Positions 8,832-15,715 of a stretch of 64,000 bases of DNA are shown piece by piece. The DNA is from an uncultured Eubacteriales bacterium (GTDB lineage: Bacteria > Bacillota > Clostridia > Christensenellales > DTU072): assembly GCA_949292905.1 (NCBI GenBank), contig CASFAV010000006.1, forward strand, positions 67,456 through 131,455. Reading direction: 5' to 3'. The notes under the pieces are model-generated. The model saw nothing but the letters and a program-made list of their open reading frames with translations. It was not told the DNA's origin and searched no databases. The first letter of the stretch is position 1. The number at the start of each line of letters is the position of its first letter. The position numbers and the translations under genes are program-made.

Positions 8832-10313
8832 ATGGACATCAAAAATTACAGGGATAAACTCGACGTCATAGACGATCGTATCGCGGCGCTTTTCAAGGAG
8901 CGTTTAGAGGTCGTAAGAGAAATAGGGCTTTGGAAAAAATCGTGCGGCTCACCCACTTTACACGGCGACAGGGAGAAAGCCATTCTCTCAAGGCTGCTTC
9001 CCCGTTTCGACGAGGGGCTCAAAGGCTATGCGGAGCAACTTTATCTCGAAATATTCCGTTCGAGCAAGGAATATCAGCGCGGATTGCTCGGTACCTATTA
9101 CGTCGTAGGCAAAAGCCTTAAGCATACCTGGTCGCCCGATATCTACGTGCCGCTGGGACTCGATTACCGCGTCAAAGAATTCGCGGACGAAAATGAGCTC
9201 GCAGAATTCGTTAAGCGCCGCGAATATTCCGGTTTCAACGTGACTATACCGTATAAGAAAGCGGTCATGAAAATGCTGGACGAAATATCCGAAGAAGCGC
9301 GCGCGATAGGGGCGGTCAATACGGTGGTGAACCGCAACGGGAAGCTGTACGGCTACAATACCGACATAGGCGGAATGAGATACGCATTGAAGGCGGCGGG
9401 CATCGAAGTGCAAGGCAAAGCAGTCGCCGTGCTCGGAAGCGGCGGCACCGCGATGACGGCGGAGTATCTTCTCCGTACCGGCGGGGCGCGAGAGATAGTG
9501 AAGGTTTCGCGCCGCGGTCCCGTAGATTATATCTCCGTATACGATCGTAAGGACATAGAAGTTATCTTGAACACGACTCCCGTGGGGATGTTCCCCGAAG
9601 CGGAATCGACTCCGATAGACGTGACGAAATTCCCCGCGCTCGAAGGAGTTTTCGACGCGATATATAATCCGTTGAGGACGGCGCTGGTGTCCGGAGCGAG
9701 AGCTGCGGGTATCGCCGCAAGCGGCGGACTGCCCATGCTCGTGGAGCAGGGAAGATTGGCATATAACATATACAGGGATACCGAAACAGATATATCGGTA
9801 ACCGAAAATCTTATAAAACAGATTGAACTCAAAAAGTCGAACATTATTCTGTGCGGCATGCCTTCGTCGGGGAAAACTACTATAGGCAGGCTCCTTGCGG
9901 AAGCTTTGGGCAGGGAATTCTACGACGCCGACGAGGAGATAGAGAAGGCGGCGGGCATGGGTATACCTGAGATGTTCGAGCGCTTTGGCGAGGAATATTT
10001 CCGTAAGAAAGAGGTGGAAGCGATAGCCTCTCTTTCAGCTCTCAACGGCGCGGTCATCGCTACCGGCGGCGGCGCGGTGATGAACGAGATCAACCGTATG
10101 CGGCTCAAGCGCAACGGCATAGTCGTGCTTATCGAGCGCGACAACGCCGCGCTCGTTGCGGACGGCAGACCCGTCAGCAGGCGCGAAGGCATAGAGGCGC
10201 TTTATAATAAGCGCATGCCCGTTTACAGAGAGTTCGCGGATCTTTCGGTAAGTAACGACTCAGCGCCGGAGGACGCAGTGAAAAGCATTATTCGGCGGGT
10301 GTTTTCCGTATAA
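8832..10313 (+). CDS. trifunctional fusion: chorismate mutase (aa 1-85) / shikimate dehydrogenase (aa ~88-330) / shikimate kinase (aa ~335-493)
   Basis: The N-terminus (YRDKLDVIDDRIAALFKERLEVVREIG) is AroQ-class chorismate mutase. The middle has NVTIPYK, NTD and GSGGTA, as in AroE. The C-terminus has the P-loop CGMPSSGKTTIGRLLA and ...YDADEEIE, as in AroK. Confidence 0.88.
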   Translation: MDIKNYRDKLDVIDDRIAALFKERLEVVREIGLWKKSCGSPTLHGDREKAILSRLLPRFDEGLKGYAEQLYLEIFRSSKEYQRGLLGTYYVVGKSLKHTWSPDIYVPLGLDYRVKEFADENELAEFVKRREYSGFNVTIPYKKAVMKMLDEISEEARAIGAVNTVVNRNGKLYGYNTDIGGMRYALKAAGIEVQGKAVAVLGSGGTAMTAEYLLRTGGAREIVKVSRRGPVDYISVYDRKDIEVILNTTPVGMFPEAESTPIDVTKFPALEGVFDAIYNPLRTALVSGARAAGIAASGGLPMLVEQGRLAYNIYRDTETDISVTENLIKQIELKKSNIILCGMPSSGKTTIGRLLAEALGREFYDADEEIEKAAGMGIPEMFERFGEEYFRKKEVEAIASLSALNGAVIATGGGAVMNEINRMRLKRNGIVVLIERDNAALVADGRPVSRREGIEALYNKRMPVYREFADLSVSNDSAPEDAVKSIIRRVFSV

Positions 10314-10329
10314 CGCCCGTAATACGGAC

Positions 10330-10358
10330 TTGACATTTTGTCCCTTCGGCTTTAGATT
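10330..10358 (+). promoter_or_regulatory. sigma-70-type promoter
   Basis: TTGACA (10330-10335), 17-nt spacer, TAGATT (10353-10358). A GC-rich 5' UTR of about 80 nt follows. Confidence 0.5.
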
Positions 10359-10440
10359 ATAGACGTGGGGCGCGTGCCGTTCGCGCGGCCGCGAATATTT
10401 CCGCGCGCTCCCGAATAGACGTTTACGGGAGGTTTTTTCT

Positions 10441-11355
10441 ATGGACGAATTAAAAGATCTGCGCATAGTGGATAATTTTTATCAGACTTCGGCGTTTTTC
10501 CCGATGCCTACGATCCTCGTCGGCACGATTTCCGAAAGCGGTATGACCAACCTCGGCTCGTATTCGCTGTGTTTCCCTTATTATATCGCCGGCAAAGATT
10601 ATTACGCGATGCTTCTCGAATGCCGCAACAGCTCCAATACCGCGCAGAATATTCTGAGGAACAAGACGGTTTCCTTGAACTTCATACCCGATAAACGCAA
10701 GTATTTCCGCGAAGCGGTGCGACTCGGTTTTCCCGGAGAAACTACCGAACAGAAAATGAAAAACTGCATCTTCACTCTCCGTAAAGGAGAAGCGGAAGGC
10801 AGACGTCCGGAGATCGTCGAAGAAGCGTTCCAGGTATTCGAATGCACGTGGGACGATTCGCTCGAACGGGCTTTCGAGGACAAGGCGGGCAATCTCGAAG
10901 GTTACGAGCCGCCGTACCGCAATTTCAACGGTATAACCAGTAAATTCGGGGCGCATTTCATATTGAAGATCGACAAGATCCTTATGAAGGAGAAATACCG
11001 CAACGCGATAGTAGACGGCGTTAAGGCGGGTGCGTTCCCTGCGGTACCCGTGGATTACGGTTACCGCGACAGCACCAATTTCTGGTACACGAAATTCCGT
11101 CGTCCGATACCGGAGAAGATACAGGCGAAAGAGGGCGACGTCCAATCGGTGATATACGCGGCTTCGAGGATAGATCCTGCGGTGAAATTCACCGACGGTG
11201 CTTGCGCCAAGCTTACGAAGATACCGCGCGTGTTCCTGAAAGCGGCGTTGACGCAGATGGTGGAGATAGCGAAGAGCGAAGGCATAAGCGTTATCGACGA
11301 AGCGGCGCTCGACGTTATCAACGACAAGCGCAGAGAGGAGAAGAAACGTAAGTAA
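10441..11355 (+). CDS. flavin-reductase-like (FMN-binding split barrel) protein with a C-terminal PCP_red-like domain
   Basis: 304 aa. The N-terminal pattern FPMPTILVGT..G..NLGSYS is typical of flavin reductase-like domains. The C-terminal FTDGACAKLTKIPRVFLKAALTQMVEIAKSEG resembles the protochlorophyllide-reductase C-terminal (PCP_red) motif. Both assignments are from memory. Confidence 0.6.
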   Translation: MDELKDLRIVDNFYQTSAFFPMPTILVGTISESGMTNLGSYSLCFPYYIAGKDYYAMLLECRNSSNTAQNILRNKTVSLNFIPDKRKYFREAVRLGFPGETTEQKMKNCIFTLRKGEAEGRRPEIVEEAFQVFECTWDDSLERAFEDKAGNLEGYEPPYRNFNGITSKFGAHFILKIDKILMKEKYRNAIVDGVKAGAFPAVPVDYGYRDSTNFWYTKFRRPIPEKIQAKEGDVQSVIYAASRIDPAVKFTDGACAKLTKIPRVFLKAALTQMVEIAKSEGISVIDEAALDVINDKRREEKKRK

Positions 11356-11388
11356 ATATCCCGTAAGTCTCTACGGATACGTGAAGAT

Positions 11389-11796
11389 ATGAACGCAGAG
11401 GAAGTCAGAAAGCACATATACGACACATACGGAGTGGAAGGCGACCTGCCGTGGGCGGATGACGACAGCACCGTATTCCGTCATAAGAGTAACCGCAAGT
11501 GGTTTGCGCTAATCATGTTCGGGGTAGACAGGGCCCGTCTGAAGACGGCGGGCGAAGGGGCGGCGGACGCGCTCAATCTGAAATGCGAGCCGGAGCTCGC
11601 GTTGATGATACGCGACGGGAAGGGGATACTTCCCGCGTACCACATGAACAAGGAAAAATGGATAACAGTGGTGCTCGACGGTTCCGTGCCGGCGGAACAG
11701 ATAAAGGCGCTCATCGACGTGAGTTACGAGCTCACGGTAAACGCGAAGCCCGTGAAAAACCCAAAGCCGAGCGCATGTAAAAGCAGTAAAGTATAG
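11389..11796 (+). CDS. MmcQ/YjbR-family DNA-binding protein
   Basis: 135 aa. The segments ...FRHKSNRKWFALIM...LKCEPE...AYHMNKEKWITVVLDG are typical of YjbR/MmcQ. Confidence 0.8.
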   Translation: MNAEEVRKHIYDTYGVEGDLPWADDDSTVFRHKSNRKWFALIMFGVDRARLKTAGEGAADALNLKCEPELALMIRDGKGILPAYHMNKEKWITVVLDGSVPAEQIKALIDVSYELTVNAKPVKNPKPSACKSSKV

Positions 11797-11825
11797 GAAG
11801 AGTAAATGCTTTTTGCATTATAAAG

Positions 11826-11878
11826 GCGCAAACGGGAGCACTGCCCCCGCTTGCGGTCACAAAGTAAAAACAGCTCCG
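11826..11878 (-). repeat. second, decayed copy of the tRNA-Leu-proximal terminator/linker segment
   Basis: GCGCAAACGGGAGCACTGCCCCCGCTTGCGGTCACAAAGTAAAAACAGCTCCG aligns with 12083-12134 (GCGCAAACAGGTACACTGCCCCGATCTTCGGTGCCAATTAAAAACAGCTCCG). The period is about 257 nt. Confidence 0.7.
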
Positions 11879-11921
11879 AGAAGACGGGATAGAAATGCGT
11901 CGTGTATGTAAAATAAATCGG

Positions 11922-11947
11922 TTTGCCGAAGGCGGGGGCACTCGAAG
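11922..11947 (-). repeat. orphan, degenerate copy of the tRNA-Leu T-arm/acceptor 3' end
   Basis: The minus strand reads CTTCGAGTGCCCCCGCCTTCGGCAAA. The genuine tRNA 3' end reads GTTCAAGTCCCGCCTTCGGCACCA. Confidence 0.65.
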
Positions 11948-11959
11948 TTACGGAGAGGA

Positions 11960-12062
11960 GAGAAGGGGCGTGACAGGGCGCCTCGTAGCGCAGAGGTAAT
12001 ACGGAGCTTTACGTTGCCCTCGTCAGTTTTGCCGCAGGGCGGCAAAATAGTGCACCCTTTTT
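11960..12062 (-). repeat. tRNA-Leu-linked structured element (relative of the tRNA-Pro-linked cores)
   Basis: The minus strand reads AAAGGGTGCA, then hairpin TTTTGCCGC-CCT-GCGGCAAAA (12027-12047), then CTGACGAG (12019-12026), then ...GTAAAG. The TGACGAGGGC segment can pair with GCCCTGTCA further 3'. Confidence 0.55.
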
Positions 12063-12121
12063 GCTTGTACACTCAGTGTACGGCGCAAACAGGTACACTG
12101 CCCCGATCTTCGGTGCCAATT

Positions 12122-12153
12122 AAAAACAGCTCCGCGAACACGGAGCTGTTTTT
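12122..12153. terminator. bidirectional stem-loop terminator 3' of tRNA-Leu
   Basis: AAAAACAGCTCCG-CGAACA-CGGAGCTGTTTTT, with A/T runs on both sides. Confidence 0.8.
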
Positions 12154-12156
12154 AAT

Positions 12157-12243
12157 TGGTGCCGAAGGCGGGACTTGAACCCGCACGAGGTCATCCCTCA
12201 GCGGATTTTGAGTCCGCCGCGTCTGCCATTCCACCACTTCGGC
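12157..12243 (-). tRNA. tRNA-Leu (anticodon CAA), CCA encoded
   Basis: Hand-folded cloverleaf. Acceptor GCCGAAG/CTTCGGC, anticodon arm GCGGA-CTCAAAA-TCCGC, long variable arm, T-arm GCGGG-TTCAAGT-CCCGC, then ACCA. 87 nt in total. Confidence 0.93.
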
Positions 12244-12258
12244 ACGAATGCAATGATT

Positions 12259-12287
12259 ATATTAGCATATCGTTAAGTAAATTGCAA
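12259..12287 (-). promoter_or_regulatory. promoter of tRNA-Leu
   Basis: On the minus strand: TTGCAA (12287-12282), 17-nt spacer, TAATAT (12264-12259). It ends 15 nt before the tRNA 5' end. Confidence 0.6.
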
Positions 12288-12320
12288 CAGGTTTGTCGAG
12301 ATAAGCGCTTCCTTTTTTTC

Positions 12321-12349
12321 TTGACCGTATTTGCCGATCGGTATATAAT
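12321..12349 (+). promoter_or_regulatory. sigma-70-type promoter
   Basis: TTGACC, 17-nt spacer, TATAAT (12344-12349). Confidence 0.6.
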
Positions 12350-12390
12350 ATAAGAGTATTTCCGTTTAACGGCGGACACGGAGGTGGCGT

Positions 12391-13356
12391 ATGTTGTGTG
12401 CGGCGCTGGCGCCTTGGGCGATCTCGGTAATTTGCGTTGCTGCCGTCGTGGCGGTCGCGGGGCTCTACGCTCTCGGTTGCTACATCGGCTTCTACTTGAT
12501 AATAGTGAGACCGCCTCTCGTAAGCGCGGACAAGCCCAACCCATTGATGGGCGACGATTTCGTCGGCTTCGTCAAGAAAACGCGGGAAGACGCCGTTATA
12601 ATGCAAAAGCTCGAACGCGAACCAGTGGAAGTCGTTACGCGCGACGGACTTACCTTGCGCGGCGAATTCTATCGCGCGGCGGAGCCGAGCGATATAACGA
12701 TAGTGTGCTTACACGGCTATAACAGCAACGCTTACGGCGATTATTCGACGCGCGGATTGAGTTATCTCCATAGCGGATACAACGTACTGCTTGCCAATCA
12801 CAGGCACCACGGTAAGAGCGACGGAAAATATATCGGTTTCGGCGTGCTGGACCGTCACGACGTGCTTAAGTGGGTGGAAGCCGCGGCTAAACTCGTGCCC
12901 GGCGGTAAGATCTTCATATCCGGGGTATCCATGGGCGGAGCCACGGCAATGCAATGCTCCTGCCTCGCGCTGACGCCGGACGTCAAAGGCATAATCGAGG
13001 ATTGCGGATACACCACGGTCAGAGCCGAAGTAGAGTATCTTGCAAAAAAAATGTTCGGATTCGTTCCCAAGCTGACGATAAAATTTATCGAATTTTACAT
13101 GCGCAAAATAGCGGGCTACGGTATGAGCGAAGCGGACTCGCGCGAAGCGGTCAAGCATTCAAAGGTGCCGATACTGTTCATACACGGAACGGAAGACGAA
13201 TTTGTGCCGACGTTCATGGGCAACGAGTGTTACGAAGCCTGCACGGCGCCCAAAGAACTCGTACTTATCGAAGGCGCGGGACACGCTCAATCGTATTACA
13301 GAGACGCTGCGAAATGCGCCGAAGCCGTGAACGCATTCATATCTCGATACAAATAA
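12391..13356 (+). CDS. membrane-anchored alpha/beta hydrolase
   Basis: 321 aa with an N-terminal TM helix, the GVSMGG nucleophile elbow and a C-terminal ...GAGHAQ segment. GGAGGTGG Shine-Dalgarno site. Confidence 0.85.
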   Translation: MLCAALAPWAISVICVAAVVAVAGLYALGCYIGFYLIIVRPPLVSADKPNPLMGDDFVGFVKKTREDAVIMQKLEREPVEVVTRDGLTLRGEFYRAAEPSDITIVCLHGYNSNAYGDYSTRGLSYLHSGYNVLLANHRHHGKSDGKYIGFGVLDRHDVLKWVEAAAKLVPGGKIFISGVSMGGATAMQCSCLALTPDVKGIIEDCGYTTVRAEVEYLAKKMFGFVPKLTIKFIEFYMRKIAGYGMSEADSREAVKHSKVPILFIHGTEDEFVPTFMGNECYEACTAPKELVLIEGAGHAQSYYRDAAKCAEAVNAFISRYK

Positions 13357-13366
13357 CTTTTAACGA

Positions 13367-13396
13367 TTGACAATATCCTTCCCGATGTGGTAGATT
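13367..13396 (+). promoter_or_regulatory. promoter of tRNA-Pro
   Basis: TTGACA (13367-13372), 18-nt spacer, TAGATT (13391-13396). It ends 15 nt before the tRNA. Confidence 0.55.
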
Positions 13397-13411
13397 ATTC
13401 GGGAAGGAAAA

Positions 13412-13488
13412 CGAGGTGTAGCGCAGTTTGGTAGCGCGCTTGGTTCGGGACCAAGAGGTCGTGGGTTCGAATCCCGTCACCTCGACCA
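13412..13488 (+). tRNA. tRNA-Pro (anticodon CGG), CCA encoded
   Basis: Acceptor CGAGGTG/CACCTCG, D-arm GCGC-AGTTTGGTA-GCGC, anticodon arm CTTGG-TTCGGGA-CCAAG, T-loop TTCGAAT. The T-stem GTGGG/CCCGT has two G-U pairs. Confidence 0.9.
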
Positions 13489-13525
13489 CGCAAAAGGCAG
13501 CCGTCACGGTTGCCTTTTTGCGTGG
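13489..13525 (+). terminator. intrinsic terminator after tRNA-Pro
   Basis: GCAAAAGGCA-GCCGTCACGGT-TGCCTTTTTGC. Confidence 0.75.
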
Positions 13526-13564
13526 TCGGGGACGCGATAGCATACCCGTGCGCTTCAGCGCAAA

Positions 13565-13724
13565 GGGTGCGCAAGTTTGCGCAGGTAAGGCGCAAACCTG
13601 ACGAGCGTGAAAGTTGTACCTGTCCGTCAGGCGGGTGCAATCTTATACACCCTGCGTAAAAAATAACGGCTATAAATCAAATGCCGATATAACTAACGTA
13701 TCTGAGTTTCGGCGCATTTTGCGC
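13565..13724 (+). repeat. tRNA-Pro-linked 160-nt core, copy 1
   Basis: Aligns without gaps to 13832-13991; I count 8 mismatches. Paper fold: P1 AGGGTG 13564-69 / CACCCT 13648-53; P2 GTTTGCGC 13575-82 / GCGCAAAC 13590-97; P3 CCTGACG 13597-603 / CGTCAGG 13625-31. Confidence 0.9.
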
Positions 13725-13734
13725 CCGAGTGATG

Positions 13735-13750
13735 CCGTCACCTCGACCAC
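13735..13750 (+). repeat. orphan copy of the tRNA-Pro 3' end (CCGTCACCTCGACCAC)
   Basis: 16/16 identical to 13474-13489, which lies inside the intact tRNA-Pro gene. Confidence 0.85.
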
Positions 13751-13786
13751 AAAAAAAGGGCAGCATTTTCGCTGTCCTTTTTTTGT
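13751..13786 (+). terminator. second terminator-like stem-loop, following the orphan tRNA end
   Basis: AAAAAAAGGGCAGC-ATTTTC-GCTGTCCTTTTTTT. It has the same position and shape as 13489-13525 but a different sequence. Confidence 0.65.
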
Positions 13787-13831
13787 GCGTCGGACGAACG
13801 GGATAGCTTAACCCGTTTCGTATACGAAAGA

Positions 13832-13991
13832 GGGTGCGCAAGTTTGCGCAGGTAAGGCGCAAACCTGACGAGCGTGAAAGTTGTACCGGTCCGTCAGGCG
13901 GGCGCAACCTTATGCACCCTTCGTAAAAAATAACAGCTATAAATCAAATACCGATATAACTAACGTATCGGAGTTTCGGCGCATTTTGCGC
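13832..13991 (+). repeat. tRNA-Pro-linked 160-nt core, copy 2
   Basis: See copy 1. The offset is 267 nt and the first 56 nt are identical. Confidence 0.9.
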
Positions 13992-14024
13992 TCCTTCTTC
14001 ATTTTCGGAATTCGGCTATTACGC

Positions 14025-14053
14025 TTGGCAAACCCCTTCGTCCGCGACATAAT
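14025..14053 (+). promoter_or_regulatory. sigma-70-type promoter-like element
   Basis: TTGGCA, 17-nt spacer, CATAAT. Confidence 0.45.
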
Positions 14054-14077
14054 ATCGGTAAAAATAAGTAAAAACCG

Positions 14078-14587
14078 TTGCAAAAACGGGAAGAACCGCA
14101 TCCCTTCGGTTATATATTCGGTACCGATTCATATGCCGGCGGAACGGAAGTCGAGCAGTATTATTACGGTAGCAGTACTTCATACACGACGTCGACCACA
14201 TATTATATACCCGCGAGCCTACGAAGCGTCACTGTAACGGGCGGGAATATCCTGTACGGAGCGTTCCGTAATTGCTCGATGCTTACCTCGGTGACTATAG
14301 GGAACTCGGTCACAAGCATAGGAAGATATGCCTTCCGGAATTGCACGGGACTTACCTCGGTGGCGATAGGGCACTCGGTCACGAGCATAGGAAGTTATGC
14401 CTTTTGGGGGTGCACGGTTACTTCAGCCATATTCGAGGATACCGAGGGCTGGCAGGTGTCGTTGTTTAGCTCTTTCAGTAATTATACTTCGCTCGCGAGC
14501 ACCGATCTTGCGGACGCTTCCACTGCGGCTGAATATCTCATCAGGTCGACATACCACAGTTATTACTGGCGTAAGGTAGCGGCATAA
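14078..14587 (+). pseudogene. BspA-type leucine-rich-repeat protein, apparent C-terminal remnant
   Basis: Repeats of the form IPASLRSVTV..AFRNCSMLTSVTIGNSVTSIGRYAFRNCTGLTSVAIGHSVTSIGSYAFWGC. The ORF opens on TTG with no Shine-Dalgarno site, no signal peptide and no ATG for about 65 codons. Proteins of this family are normally large and secreted. Confidence 0.55.
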
Positions 14588-14614
14588 GCTTATAGCCAGC
14601 ACGACAGTAAACCG

Positions 14615-14641
14615 AACGCGGGGCGTAAAGCTCCGCGTTTT
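14615..14641 (+). terminator. intrinsic terminator
   Basis: AACGCGG...CCGCGTT followed by TTTTG. Confidence 0.5.
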
Positions 14642-14794
14642 GCGTAACGGTTAGTATGCGAAGCTACGTAGTGCAAAAAAGAGCCGGAGCGGCTACAGAA
14701 CCCGAATGCTAAGTTTATTCCTATAAATTTTCCGTCGGATATTGTAATTCGGGTAAGATTTTTGATACAATATGTGAATAAGAGGTGCGGAGCG

Positions 14795-15700
14795 ATGAAG
14801 AAAATGGTCAAAATTATCGTAATAGCTTCGGTTTGCGCGGTATTCGCCACGATCGTTATATTGGGCGGTCTCATGATAGCCGCGTACGGCGTTACCGATA
14901 ACGAAAAATATCTCGAAGGGATCGCTTTTGCCGAGGGCGACGGACTCAAAATAATGAGTTATAACATCAGAAATGTTCACGGCGAATCGAAACCCGAAAG
15001 AAACTGGTCGCAACGCAGAGCTTACGTTATGCAACAGATCAAAGAGGAAGCGCCCGATATCCTTTGCCTTCAGGAAGTGAAAGCGTTGCAGATGGGGTTC
15101 ATTGAGAAGAACCTCAAAGACAGTTACGGGTATGTATACAGATACAGAAGCGACAATTATCTCACGAAAGAGGCGGTGCCGATATTCTATAACAAAGAGC
15201 GCTTCACCCTTATAGAAAGCGACAGCTTCTGGTTGAGCGAAACGCCGGAGAAAGAATCCGTAGGCTGGGACGCCGCTTTGGAAAGGATATGCACTTATGC
15301 GCGCCTGAAGGACAACCGTACCGGAAGGGAAGTCGCCGTATATTCCGTTCATTTCGATCACGTAGGTATCGAAGCGATGAAGAACGGTTCCGCAATGGTG
15401 CTGGCAAGAATGGCACAGGACGGTATACCCGCAGTCATGCTGGGAGACTACAATATAGTCGAGCACACCGAATTGTACGATTATATCGCGGCGAGACTCG
15501 TCGATTCCAAATACGCCGCCGCGCATTCCATGCATTCCGTGACGTTTAACAGTTACGGCGGCGACGAAGCGGACGTCATAGATTACATAATGCATAACGG
15601 CGGTTTCGACGTCGATACCTACAGAGTGAGGAACGAGCTCTTTGACGGCAGATACGCTTCCGACCATTTCGCCGTGATCGCCGAAGTCCGTTACCGTTAA
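14795..15700 (+). CDS. endonuclease/exonuclease/phosphatase (EEP) family protein, N-terminal membrane anchor
   Basis: MSYNIRN...ILCLQEV...SDHFAV motifs. I chose the ATG at 14795 (MKKMVKIIV), which has AGAGGTG 7 nt upstream. Confidence 0.85.
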   Translation: MKKMVKIIVIASVCAVFATIVILGGLMIAAYGVTDNEKYLEGIAFAEGDGLKIMSYNIRNVHGESKPERNWSQRRAYVMQQIKEEAPDILCLQEVKALQMGFIEKNLKDSYGYVYRYRSDNYLTKEAVPIFYNKERFTLIESDSFWLSETPEKESVGWDAALERICTYARLKDNRTGREVAVYSVHFDHVGIEAMKNGSAMVLARMAQDGIPAVMLGDYNIVEHTELYDYIAARLVDSKYAAAHSMHSVTFNSYGGDEADVIDYIMHNGGFDVDTYRVRNELFDGRYASDHFAVIAEVRYR

Positions 15701-15715
15701 ACGAACGATATACTT

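Noticed and set aside
13597-13615. CCTGACGAGCGTGAAAG (and the Leu-side CTGACGAGGGCAACGTAAAG) looks like the CUGAnGA...GAAA core of a hammerhead ribozyme placed after a hairpin.
   Set aside because: There is no room for a helix II between CUGACGA and GAAA (only GCGU at Pro). The Leu copy has GUAAAG instead of GAAA. No UH cleavage-site context is evident. The resemblance is most likely superficial.
13489-13991. Tandem repeat block considered as a CRISPR array.
   Set aside because: There are only two units, with a 267-nt period. There is no alternation of short repeats and unique spacers, and no cas genes.
13395-14237. ORFs of 65-118 aa on both strands crossing the tRNA-Pro repeats (13614-13811, 13881-14237, 13395-13640, 13677-13907) give paired, similar peptides.
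   Set aside because: The similarity is a by-product of the DNA repeat. In the plus frame, 7 of the 8 inter-copy substitutions are non-synonymous. There are no Shine-Dalgarno sites. One ORF runs through the tRNA fragment and the terminator.
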